From Candidatus Uhrbacteria bacterium (lineage in GTDB: Bacteria; Patescibacteriota; Patescibacteriia; UBA9934), in assembly GCA_003453595.1 (NCBI GenBank), contig DMOG01000026.1:6567-70566 (forward strand): a stretch of 64,000 nucleotides of DNA. Reading direction: 5' to 3'. Within the stretch, counting starts at the first letter, position 1. Every line of letters begins with the position of its first letter. Both the position numbers and the translations under genes were made by a program. Of the stretch, positions 27,455-36,200 are shown piece by piece. Below the pieces are notes generated by a model. The model searched no databases and was not told the DNA's origin. It saw nothing but the letters and a program-made list of their open reading frames with translations.

Positions 27455-28285
27455 CTATTTTCGCGGAGATTCTTTGCTGCGGTATTTATAAAAAAACTTT
27501 ATGGCACTATTTATCTGAATCCAAGTAAATTTATTGAACATTTGTTGCAAAAGCCCGCCGTCAGCGCTAGCTCGGCGGTGGTAGTGAATCATGTGTGCAT
27601 TTGGATAATACACAACTTTGTGTCCGTGTTCCCAAAATCGGCGACACAAATCATTATCTTCGTAATACATGAAAAATCGCTCATCAAAACTGCCGACTTC
27701 ATCCAAGGCAGTTTTGCGCGTAAACAAGGCCGCGCCAATTAGTGAATCAACCTCCATCTGTTGATCATGGCTTTGATCCATCATCAAATAATCCTCAATC
27801 GCTTGCTTACCAACTCCAAACTTTCCTAAAAATGTTCGACGATATGCTGGCACCATTAAAGTTGGAGACCGATAACATGAATACTGCAAACTTCCGTCTG
27901 GATTACGCAATTGCGGACCACACATTCCCACCTCTGGATTTGCGTCCATAAACTCCAGCATTGTTTCCAACGACTCTGGCTGGATCACAATATCTGGATT
28001 AAAAATCAGTACATAACGCCCACGCGCCACATCTATCCCCCTATTCATAGCTGAGCCAAATCCAACATTACGCTCCAGCGGAATATGACGAACCTGTGGA
28101 AACTCAGCGCGCGCCATTTCTCCAAATCCAGCCCCTGGATTGTTATCAACCACAATAATTTCAAAACCAAGCTTTGGTGCAGCTCGTCGAATACTATCAA
28201 GCGTTTGGCGAATAAGATACTTTTCAAATGTATGGACAATGATAATCGACAAGTCCAGTTGTTGGGCCTTATCTGACATAGGCAC
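27455..28285 (-). CDS. Glycosyltransferase family 2
   Basis: Has 'IIVVDNNPGAGF...' and 'FNPDIV', the GT2 DxD-like region. Confidence 0.75.
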   Translation of the reverse strand: MPMSDKAQQLDLSIIIVHTFEKYLIRQTLDSIRRAAPKLGFEIIVVDNNPGAGFGEMARAEFPQVRHIPLERNVGFGSAMNRGIDVARGRYVLIFNPDIVIQPESLETMLEFMDANPEVGMCGPQLRNPDGSLQYSCYRSPTLMVPAYRRTFLGKFGVGKQAIEDYLMMDQSHDQQMEVDSLIGAALFTRKTALDEVGSFDERFFMYYEDNDLCRRFWEHGHKVVYYPNAHMIHYHRRASADGGLLQQMFNKFTWIQINSAIKFFYKYRSKESPRK

Positions 28286-29300
28286 GAATTTCTTTTTCTG
28301 GTTTTATTTGATGCTTGAGAATGAATTTACGCTTCTTTAACATTTTTGGCAAAAGCCAAACTATCTCCAACAAGCGCTTGCGAGTTTGTTTTTCAAATAA
28401 AAATCCATAGATTGCGCGAACAAACTCATGAAAAAAAATCCATGGTAATGACAAAATTGCATCGCCAACAGTCAGATTCTTGAGTAAAACCAAAAGCTGA
28501 TTGCGGGTTGAGTAAGCAGCGAAAAATGGATTTTGCGCCTGACGATTTTTCAATCGTTTCCACCAAGACTGAGTTTGCGCCCCATACATTCCGCGGTAAT
28601 GATAAGCAATCGCGCCTGGCACAAACACTGTTTTCCAGCCTCGCTTTTGCAATCTCCAGGCCAAATCACAATCCTCACGATAAGCAAAAAAATCACTATC
28701 AAAAAAATCGTTGCCAATCATTACATCAGCCACGACTTCAAGTGGGATCAAAAACATTGCGCCCCCAGGACCAAATAAATCTGTGCGTATATCAAACTGG
28801 CCTGTATCCATATCTCCTGCTCCTCGATCCTCCATCCGCCAAGACTTGGAAACAACCAACCCGGTGGTATCAATCACATCTGACTTAACCGTCTCCTCCA
28901 AATACTCATCTCCCACATTCTCGCCAAACGCCCGGTAGATCTTTGGCTGGACAGCTCCGATATTTTTACCAAGAGCTTTGACCATATTCTCAATCGCCTT
29001 TGGCTCAACCAACATATCAGCGTTTGCCAACAAAATCGCCGCCTGCTCACCCTCTGGCGCACGATCCAGAGTAAATCGAATCAACTGATTGTGACCCTCG
29101 GCAAAGCCAAGATTGCGCTTATTGCGAACTATCAAATTCTTTGGACAATGATGGGAAATATAATCATAGGTCTCATCAGTACTACCATTATCCAACAGCC
29201 GAATAGTAAAGTTTTTGTAAGTTTGTTGAGCCAAAGAATCCAAAAGAGCAGGCAAATAATCTCGCTCATTCCAGGCAATAATGTGCACATATACATGCAT
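28269..29300 (-). CDS. Glycosyltransferase family 2 (rhamnosyltransferase-like)
   Basis: Has 'IIAWNERDYLPALLDSLAQQTY...RLLDNGSTDET', the GT2 N-terminal signature. Confidence 0.75.
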   Translation of the reverse strand: MHVYVHIIAWNERDYLPALLDSLAQQTYKNFTIRLLDNGSTDETYDYISHHCPKNLIVRNKRNLGFAEGHNQLIRFTLDRAPEGEQAAILLANADMLVEPKAIENMVKALGKNIGAVQPKIYRAFGENVGDEYLEETVKSDVIDTTGLVVSKSWRMEDRGAGDMDTGQFDIRTDLFGPGGAMFLIPLEVVADVMIGNDFFDSDFFAYREDCDLAWRLQKRGWKTVFVPGAIAYHYRGMYGAQTQSWWKRLKNRQAQNPFFAAYSTRNQLLVLLKNLTVGDAILSLPWIFFHEFVRAIYGFLFEKQTRKRLLEIVWLLPKMLKKRKFILKHQIKPEKEIRAYVR

Positions 29301-29329
29301 AGTAAGTTTAGTTTACTTGGAAAAAGGGT

Positions 29330-29700
29330 GATTGTCGAGGAGGCCAACCCCCCACTTCTCAGTTCGATCAAATTCGAAAAGATCTCTCCCCTTCTTCACT
29401 AAAGTTACGAAGGGCCCATCGAAGTTTGATACGAAGTTGGGCTAGGCGTCGAGATGGAGAGACTTATTCCCCACTTCGAACGAAGAGAGAAGTCTTCTCG
29501 ATGAAATCTATCGTCGCTCTGCTCCTCGGGATGGGAAATAGAAGTCGAGATAGGACAAGACTCATTCCCCACTTCGAACGAAGAGAGAAGTCTTCTCGAG
29601 AAGATCTCTCGTCGCTCTGCTCCTCGAGATGGGGAAAAAGAAGTCGAGAGATGGGAAATGCACTCCTCGACTCCTCGCGTAAACGCTCGGTCGCTCGGAA
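29330..29700. repeat. Tandem repeat array with a period of about 96-99 bp, with units beginning at 29448, 29544 and 29643 (partial) plus degenerate upstream copies; each unit contains small palindromes (TTCGAACGAA, GAGAAGTCTTCTC)
   Basis: Unit alignment was seen directly, e.g. GTCGAGAT(G/A)G...TTCCCCACTTCGAACGAAGAGAGAAGTCTTCTCGA...CGTCGCTCTGCTCCTCG(G/A)GATGGG. Confidence 0.75.
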
Positions 29701-29802
29701 TGACGGCATATGGAATACAAATATATAAAAAGCCGTCAAAAGCGAACACCCCCATGACCGAAGTCTTGGGGGTGACGGAAGGGGGTTGAGAGAGGCCGCC
29801 GT

Positions 29803-30504
29803 CTACATGAAGTAGTACCAGGCGTCGCAGCCCTCCTCGGGGGTGGTGGCGGAGGTGCCGGTGCTCCAGCCGAGCGACTGGACGCCGGACAGGCCGTCGG
29901 TGGTGGTGTCGATGGTCTCGTCCGAGAAGTAGAACTGACCGGCCAGCCCGCAACTGGTCCCGTCCAGGTTCGACGAGGCGTACGAGTACGCACCGTCGTC
30001 CACCCGCTCGACGTTGAGCTTCAGCGAGTAGAACTCGCTGTCGCAGTCGAACTCGCCCTCGACCCACGCCGCGTTGGTCGCGGTGCCGACGGCGTTGCCG
30101 TTGCCCCAGGAGGAGCAGACAGCGTTGTCACCGGCGTCGTAGGCGATGACCCAGAGGGACATCGCGTCATGCGACTGGACACCCCAGTACCCGAGGTACC
30201 AAGTGTCGGCGTCGGCATCGGCGTCGGCATCGGCGTCGGCATCGGCGTCGGCATCGGCGTCCGCGTCCGCATCCGCATCGGCGTCGGCGTCCGCGTCCGC
30301 ATCGGCGTCCGCGTCGGCATCCGCGTCGGTGTCGCTGTCGGCATCGGCGTCGGTGTCCGCGTCCTCTTCCCCGTCGCCGGGGTTGAGGTCACGATCGCCG
30401 TCGTCGGCGACGTAGCCGGTGTCGACGTCGTCGCGGTCGCGGGGCTGGGACAGGTCGGTGCAGCCGACGAGGGCTGCGATCATGGTGATCAGGAAATACC
30501 GCAT
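29803..30504 (-). CDS. Lipoprotein with a (Asp-Ala)n low-complexity repeat, in high-GC island C
   Basis: Has a lipobox ALVGC-TDLS, a long DADADA... run encoded by the GCATCGGCGTCG hexamer microsatellite (about 30200-30345), and a Trp/Gly-rich C-terminal domain. GC is about 65%. Confidence 0.6.
   Translation of the reverse strand: MRYFLITMIAALVGCTDLSQPRDRDDVDTGYVADDGDRDLNPGDGEEDADTDADADSDTDADADADADADADADADADADADADADADADADADADADADTWYLGYWGVQSHDAMSLWVIAYDAGDNAVCSSWGNGNAVGTATNAAWVEGEFDCDSEFYSLKLNVERVDDGAYSYASSNLDGTSCGLAGQFYFSDETIDTTTDGLSGVQSLGWSTGTSATTPEEGCDAWYYFM
30200..30345. repeat. Hexanucleotide microsatellite (GCGTCGGCATCG)n inside the lipoprotein gene, encoding (DA)n
   Basis: Read directly. 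The shadow ORFs on the plus strand (SASASA..., GIGVGIGV...) are artefacts of this repeat. Confidence 0.8.
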
Positions 30505-30689
30505 TTTCTTTCTCCGATTTTGGCCCTTTCGAGCCGGGGGGTGGAAGGCCTTTCGGCCGTTTTTTGAAGGTGTGACAGTCGGGATTGAACCAACATGTCA
30601 ACAGAGCAGGATATCACAAAATAGGGGTTTTGTCAAGGGGTTGGGTTGTAAAATGCACTAAAACCAGCCATTTTTGGCTGGTTTTTGAG

Positions 30690-30925
30690 GTTTTGATAGG
30701 CAACCACCCCACACCCCTCCTTGGGAAGGAGGGGAATCGAGACTCGGTCTCTCCCCCTTAGTAAGGGGGTCTTTTGCACATCATCTATTGACAAATCTGG
30801 CAAAATGGGCTAAGGTTCAGCGTTCATTATCAAAGAAGCGGAAGCCTCAACAACCACCCCTCCTCCTTCGCACAAGGCTACGGAGGACTATCGCAATTCC
30901 TCCTTGGGAAAGGAGGGGAGCCTGA
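30690..30925. repeat. Two clusters of the palindromic repeat family between the divergent island-C lipoprotein genes (GATAGGCAACCACCCCACACCCCTCCTTGGGAAGGAGGGGAATCGAGACTCGGTCTCTCCCCCTTAGTAAGGGGG; ...CAAGGCTACGGAGG...TTCCTCCTTGGGAAAGGAGGGGAGC)
   Basis: Matches the family consensus and sub-units also found at 19195-19365 and 33230-33375. Confidence 0.7.
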
Positions 30926-31092
30926 GCCAAAAAGGAAAAAACTCGGCTTTTACAATATCTGCACAAAATCGTGAAGATATTATACAAGCCGAGTTCCGAT
31001 TCCCGAAACCGGCCCGTGCCCGTCCCTCAATCCCCTTTGCGGGGCGGAGCGGGCATCACCCCCAAAGGCGGAGACCCCGCCAAGGAGGCGCC

Positions 31093-31620
31093 ATGCGCAA
31101 CCTGATGTGTCTGATCACCATCCTGCTGGCCTCGGCCTGCACGGATCTGTCCGGAAACCAGAACGGCGAGGAGACCTACGTCCCGTCCATGTCGTCCGAC
31201 GACATGGACAGCGATGGCCTGGTCGACGGCTACGACTCCGACGAGATCGTCGGCCCCATCGCCAGCTACCCGACGGAGCTCTGGGTGAACGCTGGCGCCC
31301 TGTCCTTCCCCTGGATGGGTGAGGAGATGTCCTTCCAGTGCCGCGACCACAACGGCCGGGTGCTGGACTTCGCCTGGCAGTACTGGTACAACGGCGAGGC
31401 CACCCCCGCCAACACCTGGTTCGTCGCCTACATCGACGACCGGGCCGGCGAAGGAGACTGGCTCTGCGCCTTCACCCGCAACGACCGGTCGGTGCTCGAC
31501 ATCACCGTGTCCAACGACCCCCTGGTCTGGACGCACGGCGGCGTCTGCATCTACCAGGCCAACAACGGCGTCTACCAGGCGCCGGGCAACAACTCCTGCG
31601 ACGACATCCGAGGCCTCTAG
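31093..31620 (+). CDS. Lipoprotein, hypothetical, in high-GC island C; start assigned at MRNLMC with a CAAGGAGG RBS
   Basis: Has a lipobox LLASAC-TDLS, which is the same C-TDLS start as the divergent (DA)n lipoprotein. It contains Trp and Cys pairs, and GC is about 64%. Confidence 0.6.
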   Translation: MRNLMCLITILLASACTDLSGNQNGEETYVPSMSSDDMDSDGLVDGYDSDEIVGPIASYPTELWVNAGALSFPWMGEEMSFQCRDHNGRVLDFAWQYWYNGEATPANTWFVAYIDDRAGEGDWLCAFTRNDRSVLDITVSNDPLVWTHGGVCIYQANNGVYQAPGNNSCDDIRGL

Positions 31621-31699
31621 CCTCGACCGTCGCCCAATCCTTGAACCCCCGACAGCTCAGCTGAGTATCGGGGGTTCTGTGCGTTTAGGTTATAGAACT

Positions 31700-31812
31700 T
31701 GATAGGCAACCACCCCCCCCACCCCTCCTTGGGAAGGAGGGGAGACCGAGGTGCGGGGATCGCGTGATAGGCAACCACCCCTAACCCCTCCTTGGGAAGG
31801 AGGGGTGGTTAG
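31700..31812. repeat. Two tandem copies of GATAGGCAACCACCCC-N-CCCCTCCTTGGGAAGGAGGGG; the second copy overlaps and encodes the last about 10 codons of rfbD
   Basis: Sequence identity to the family was seen. The reverse complement of the repeat translates to ...NHPSFPRRG*, matching the rfbD ORF C-terminus. Confidence 0.75.
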
Positions 31813-32656
31813 ATAAGAACTCTGCTAGTGCTTCGGTGCGGGGGCGGAGTTTTGGGAACTTTGTGTTTGCTAGTGGCGAGTAGTGTGGACATTTTGCCAG
31901 TCGGGGAAAATCACTTCTTGGGCATGGTCGATAGTTTTCTGTGATTCCCATGGCTTCAAAAACTTCTTTGGCAAATCCGTAAACACTGACAGGCTCACCT
32001 TCGTTAACTAGGTGATAGATGCCAGGACAATAGTCTTTTTCCATTAACTCCAGTACGGCGCGAGCTGCGTCCAAAGCGTAGGTTGGTAAACCATATTCAT
32101 CGTCAGCGATCTTTAAGTCTGGCAAATCACGGTTTAAACGAAGCATGATGTCGATAAAGCCTTCTTTGCCACTCTCCCCTGTAGCCTGATTACCAAACAG
32201 TTTAACAACTCGACAAATAAAGGTTTTATCACAAGCTTGCAAAGCCAATCTTTCCCCTTCAAGCTTTGTTTCACCGTATTTTGAAATTGGATTTGGAGTG
32301 TCATCCTCTTGATAATAATCCCCTTTTTCCCCATCAAAAACATAGTCAGTACTAAAATGCACAAACCTAGCGTGGACAATCTGAGCGGCCTTGGCAAGAT
32401 TCTCTGGTCCTTTGGCATTGATCTTCATGGCCAACTCAAAGATCTCTGGCTCTTCAACTTTATCGACAAGATTGTAAGCAGCGGCATTGATAATCACCTC
32501 TGGTTTCTTGTCTTGAACAAAGCTCAAAACTGATTCTATGTCTGTGATATCAAGATCTTTTCGAGTAGCTGAAATAACCTTATGACCAGCAGATTCAAAA
32601 ACCTCAACCAAGTATTGGCCAAGCATTCCTTGTGAACCTGTGATCATTGTTTTCAT
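31781..32656 (-). CDS. rfbD: dTDP-4-dehydrorhamnose reductase
   Basis: Has a Rossmann motif 'MITGSQGMLG', and its position in a dTDP-rhamnose operon and a size of about 290 aa fit RmlD. Confidence 0.75.
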   Translation of the reverse strand: MKTMITGSQGMLGQYLVEVFESAGHKVISATRKDLDITDIESVLSFVQDKKPEVIINAAAYNLVDKVEEPEIFELAMKINAKGPENLAKAAQIVHARFVHFSTDYVFDGEKGDYYQEDDTPNPISKYGETKLEGERLALQACDKTFICRVVKLFGNQATGESGKEGFIDIMLRLNRDLPDLKIADDEYGLPTYALDAARAVLELMEKDYCPGIYHLVNEGEPVSVYGFAKEVFEAMGITENYRPCPRSDFPRLAKCPHYSPLANTKFPKLRPRTEALAEFLSNHPSFPRRG

Positions 32657-32681
32657 AAAAGTGGTAAAGGTTAGTGACCAT

Positions 32682-33227
32682 TTAGAACCTTTTTTTCAAA
32701 AACTCCGCCAAGGTCATGGCCTGTGAGTCGCGGGTTGATAAAATTGGATCGCCATCGAGGGGCCACTTAATATTTATTTCCGGATCATTCCAAGCAATGC
32801 CGGCATCGAGATCTGAGTTAAAAGTATTGGAAACTTTGTATTGAAGTTCGCAATCAGTAAATGCATAAAAGCCATGAGCAAAACCTTCTGGCACAAAAAT
32901 CATTTTTTTGTTTTCTTCAGAAAGCTCAAGTCCAAACCATTGTTTGTAAGTAGGTGAACCAGCTCGCAAATCTACAGCCACATCCCAAAGTCGTCCGCAA
33001 GTACAGCGAACAAGTTTGGCCATTGGCTTTGGATCTTGTTGAAAGTGAAGACCACGAAGAACACCTTTAGCTGATTTGGAATGATTGTCTTGAACAAAGA
33101 TTGTATTCAATCCCAACGCATCAAACTTATCCTTGTTATAAGACTCAAAGAAAAAACCCCGATCATCACCATGAACTTCTGGCTCAATGATTATTAAATC
33201 TGGAATTGTGGTTTTTATTGTTTTCAT
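32682..33227 (-). CDS. rfbC: dTDP-4-dehydrorhamnose 3,5-epimerase
   Basis: Has 'DDRGFFFESYNK', 'LRGLHFQ', and 'FVPEGFAHGF', the RmlC cupin motifs. Confidence 0.85.
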   Translation of the reverse strand: MKTIKTTIPDLIIIEPEVHGDDRGFFFESYNKDKFDALGLNTIFVQDNHSKSAKGVLRGLHFQQDPKPMAKLVRCTCGRLWDVAVDLRAGSPTYKQWFGLELSEENKKMIFVPEGFAHGFYAFTDCELQYKVSNTFNSDLDAGIAWNDPEINIKWPLDGDPILSTRDSQAMTLAEFLKKRF

Positions 33228-33229
33228 GG

Positions 33230-33375
33230 GGGGAAATAGATTAAGAAAGGAGGGAAAATCGAGACTCGGTCTCTCCCCCTTAGTAAGGGGGAGTAGGAGG
33301 GGGTTAATATAGCTTCCACTTTATAAAATAACCTCCCCTAACCCCTCCTTAAAAAGGAGGGGAACCGGGTTTGAG
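33230..33375. repeat. Cluster of palindromic repeat units between rfbC and rfbB (…ATCGAGACTCGGTCTCTCCCCCTTAGTAAGGGGGAG…GGGGTTAATATAGCTTCC…CCCCTAACCCCTCCTTAAAAAGGAGGGG)
   Basis: Shares sub-units with the clusters at 19195-19365 and 30690-30790. Confidence 0.7.
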
Positions 33376-33386
33376 ACAGTTTATTA

Positions 33387-34397
33387 TCAAGTCAATCTAC
33401 CAACATTTTCTTCGTACCATTTTCGGTAGCCTGAGCTTTGTTTGATTGGCTTCCACCATGACTCATTTTCCTGATACCAACGGATCATTTGCTCAAGACC
33501 TTGTTCAAAAGTAACTTGCGGCTTCCAGTTAAGCTCTGTGCTTATTTTAGAATAATTGATTGCATAACGACGGTCCTGCCCTGGTCGATCTTGGGTAAAC
33601 TTTAGCATTTCTTCGTGCGCGCCCATAGCTTTGATAACTGCCCTGGCAGTTTGGGCAATGCTAAGTTCAGCGTCTCCGCCCATCATGTATGTGTGACCAA
33701 TTTGACCTCGTTCAATAATAGCCAATATACCAAGCGCATGATCACGGGCAGTAATCCAGTCACGGATTTGTCGACCATCACCCTGCACACTGATTGGACG
33801 GTTTTCCATGAGGTTAGTAATAGCAATGGCCAAAAACTTCTCAGGATATAAATAGGGACCATAGTTATTGGTGCAGTTTGAGATTGTTCCGCGCAAAGCA
33901 TGAGAATGAACTGCGGCGCGCACAAGATGATCTGAAGCGGCTTTGGTGGCACTATATGGATTACGAGGATCGTAGGGAGTAGCTTCATGGAACTTTGGAT
34001 CATCTGGACCAAGCGAACCAAAAACTTCGTCAGTACTAACATGATGAAAACGCTTGCCGTGTCTTACACAAGCATCAATTAGTCTTTGTACTCCTAAAAT
34101 GTTGGTTAAAATAAAAGGCTCATTATCCATGAGCGATCGATCAACATGAGTTTCTGCCGCAAAGTTTATAACAGCATCAACCTCTGAAACTAAAGTATTT
34201 ACCAAATCTTTGTCTGTGATTGAACCGTAGACAAACCGGTATCGAGGATGAGTCTGGATATCCAAGGTATTTGCTAGATTACCAGCATAGGTAAGGGCAT
34301 CCAAATTGATAACTTGCCAATCAGGCCGTTCAGCAAAGATCACACGAATAAAGTGCGATCCAATAAATCCACACCCTCCTGTGACTAATACTTTCAT
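33387..34397 (-). CDS. rfbB: dTDP-glucose 4,6-dehydratase
   Basis: Has 'MKVLVTGGCGFIGSHF', a YxxxK-type SDR, and a size of about 336 aa. Confidence 0.85.
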   Translation of the reverse strand: MKVLVTGGCGFIGSHFIRVIFAERPDWQVINLDALTYAGNLANTLDIQTHPRYRFVYGSITDKDLVNTLVSEVDAVINFAAETHVDRSLMDNEPFILTNILGVQRLIDACVRHGKRFHHVSTDEVFGSLGPDDPKFHEATPYDPRNPYSATKAASDHLVRAAVHSHALRGTISNCTNNYGPYLYPEKFLAIAITNLMENRPISVQGDGRQIRDWITARDHALGILAIIERGQIGHTYMMGGDAELSIAQTARAVIKAMGAHEEMLKFTQDRPGQDRRYAINYSKISTELNWKPQVTFEQGLEQMIRWYQENESWWKPIKQSSGYRKWYEENVGRLT

Positions 34398-34421
34398 AGT
34401 ACCTTTTACTTTACATTCTTT

Positions 34422-34988
34422 TTACTTGAGATGCAATCCTTGCTCAATAATCTCCAAAACTCGAGGTTTTGCCAATTGCCAGCCGGCTAACATTGATCCA
34501 TCGGTTATTTCTCCTCCAGCCACCATATCTTCAAACATCTCAGCTGTACAAGAAAGTTGTTCAAACTCTTCGGTTGGATCTTTACGAGCAAATGTTGTGG
34601 CTAATCCATAGGCCACAAACACCCAAACAGTTTCCTGCACCCTACCATTGCTAGGATGGAAAAATCCAATCTTCTCCATGGTGCTTGCTTTCATTTGTGC
34701 TTCCTGAGCAAATTCTTCTGCAGCTGCCTGCTCTAAAGTTTGCCCTTCACCAACTCCACCGTTGGGAAACTCAAGGGTAAACTCATCACTCAAACATCGA
34801 TATTGCTTAACCATGGGCATACTGCCCTCTTCATCAATACCAATAATCACCACTGAGTCTGGAACTTTCAAAAAATAATAATCTGCTTGATTGCCATTTT
34901 GTAGATCAAACACAGCGTGTTCGTAACTTGACCATTTACTTTGCGCCACAGTCTCTTGCGAAACTTTCTTCCATCTTTCTAATGACAT
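34422..34988 (-). CDS. NUDIX hydrolase
   Basis: Has a Nudix-box-like 'GGVGEGQTLEQAAAEEFAQEAQ'. Confidence 0.6.
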   Translation of the reverse strand: MSLERWKKVSQETVAQSKWSSYEHAVFDLQNGNQADYYFLKVPDSVVIIGIDEEGSMPMVKQYRCLSDEFTLEFPNGGVGEGQTLEQAAAEEFAQEAQMKASTMEKIGFFHPSNGRVQETVWVFVAYGLATTFARKDPTEEFEQLSCTAEMFEDMVAGGEITDGSMLAGWQLAKPRVLEIIEQGLHLK

Positions 34989-34991
34989 ATT

Positions 34992-35396
34992 TTAAAGTTC
35001 TTGGCGAATTAATTGAGCCACTTGCGCCAACTCTTCTTGAGATGGTTTTTGTTTAATAAAAGTCCGGGCGTCACCTTCATAACGAGGCATGAAATGAAGA
35101 TGAGTATGAAACACATCCTGCCCGGCATCTTCTCCGTGGTTCATTCCTAAATTATAGCCTGTAGCTCCCAGCGCCTTTAGAATTGCTGGAGCGATCTGAT
35201 AAGTCGTGGTCATGATTGCTAGCGCGTCATCAAGCGATCCTGCTTGCATTATATCTGCATGTTGCTTTGGCACTATCAAAGTATGTCCTTTGCTAACTGG
35301 TCCAATGTCCAAAAAAGCAAAAGTCAAATTATCCTCATAAACCTTATGACAAGGAATCTCACCTTTGATAATTTTACAAAATAGACAATCATTCAT
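34992..35396 (-). CDS. HIT-family (histidine triad) protein
   Basis: Has 'HTLIVPKQH' and the triad 'HTHLHFMPR' (HxHxHxx). Confidence 0.85.
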   Translation of the reverse strand: MNDCLFCKIIKGEIPCHKVYEDNLTFAFLDIGPVSKGHTLIVPKQHADIMQAGSLDDALAIMTTTYQIAPAILKALGATGYNLGMNHGEDAGQDVFHTHLHFMPRYEGDARTFIKQKPSQEELAQVAQLIRQEL

Positions 35397-35414
35397 ATGA
35401 TTATATTAAGGTTA

Positions 35415-35470
35415 ATGGATCCGAGTTCACACTCCCCCTTCCCAAGGGGGAGGTAGAGGGGGTTGCCCAC
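35415..35470. repeat. Palindromic repeat copy (CACTCCCCCTTCCCAAGGGGGAGGTAGAGGGGGTTGCC)
   Basis: A variant of the family core. Confidence 0.55.
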
Positions 35471-35524
35471 TTATTGTAGCGCTTTTTTGACTTTATTCAA
35501 AACTGATTCCAAATCTTCATATAT

Positions 35525-35821
35525 CTAATTATTAATGAAGCGAAGTATTATTAAGCCTTGTTCCACAAAAAAATTATCTCTTATTCGGTCATGCAATTTT
35601 CCACTCTCTTGATAGTGCGAATCACCATCCACTTCGATAACCAATTTCTTCTCAGGGCAATAAAAATCGGCTATATATACTCCTATACCATGTTGCCGAC
35701 GGAACTTTACTCCTAATTGTGATCTGCTCAAATATCTCCAGAGAATCTGCTCTGCTTTTGAACAATCAGACCTTAATTGGCTTCGTTTACTTTTTTGAAT
35801 TCTCTGATTAAAAACTTTCAT
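35525..35821 (-). CDS. DUF559 / Vsr-like endonuclease-domain protein
   Basis: 'AEQILWRYLSRSQLGVKFRRQHGIGVYIADFYCPEKKLVIEVDGDSH' is the DUF559 pattern. The ATG start is at 35819-35821. The upstream GTG-start extension would be encoded by the repeat at 35822-35866. Confidence 0.7.
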   Translation of the reverse strand: MKVFNQRIQKSKRSQLRSDCSKAEQILWRYLSRSQLGVKFRRQHGIGVYIADFYCPEKKLVIEVDGDSHYQESGKLHDRIRDNFFVEQGLIILRFINN

Positions 35822-35866
35822 ATAATAGGCAACCACCCCTACCCCCTCCTTGGGAAGGAGGGGTGC
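35822..35866. repeat. Palindromic repeat copy (TAGGCAACCACCCCTACCCCCTCCTTGGGAAGGAGGGGTGCGC) abutting the DUF559 start
   Basis: Matches the family consensus. Confidence 0.7.
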
Positions 35867-35867
35867 G

Positions 35868-36200
35868 CTAATTATCGGCTTTTAATAAGACAAACGGCAG
35901 CGCAAGTCCGATCAAGGAAATAAAAATTCTGAAATCTCCAAATGTTGTTCCTTCGCGCCAGAGAATGATCATGAGCAATAGTCCGACAAAAATCTTAAAA
36001 ACAATCCACATCAAAGATCTACCCTTTCGCTCTATGGCAACCTGCGCCCACCAAATCCCAAAAACAATGGCTGGAATTAAAATCAAATGAACTGAAAATA
36101 CATAACTAACAAACCCAGGCCTAAGATACTCGCACAACAAAAAGAACCCATAACTAATTACGCTCACTAAAAATCCTGTTTTAGCAATTACATCTTTCAT
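35868..36200 (-). CDS. Small polytopic membrane protein, hypothetical
   Basis: Has three hydrophobic helices and overlaps the upstream gene by 4 nt, suggesting an operon. Confidence 0.45.
   Translation of the reverse strand: MKDVIAKTGFLVSVISYGFFLLCEYLRPGFVSYVFSVHLILIPAIVFGIWWAQVAIERKGRSLMWIVFKIFVGLLLMIILWREGTTFGDFRIFISLIGLALPFVLLKADN

Noticed and set aside
29330-29700. Possible CRISPR array
   Set aside because: The whole unit of about 97 bp repeats, including what would be the 'spacer' regions. The period is far longer than CRISPR repeat-spacer units, and no cas genes are nearby. This is a tandem repeat, not a CRISPR.
30146-30567. Plus-strand ORFs translating as (SA)n and (GIGV)n over the microsatellite
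   Set aside because: They are frame artefacts of the (GCGTCGGCATCG)n repeat, opposite to a lipoprotein gene that has a signal peptide.
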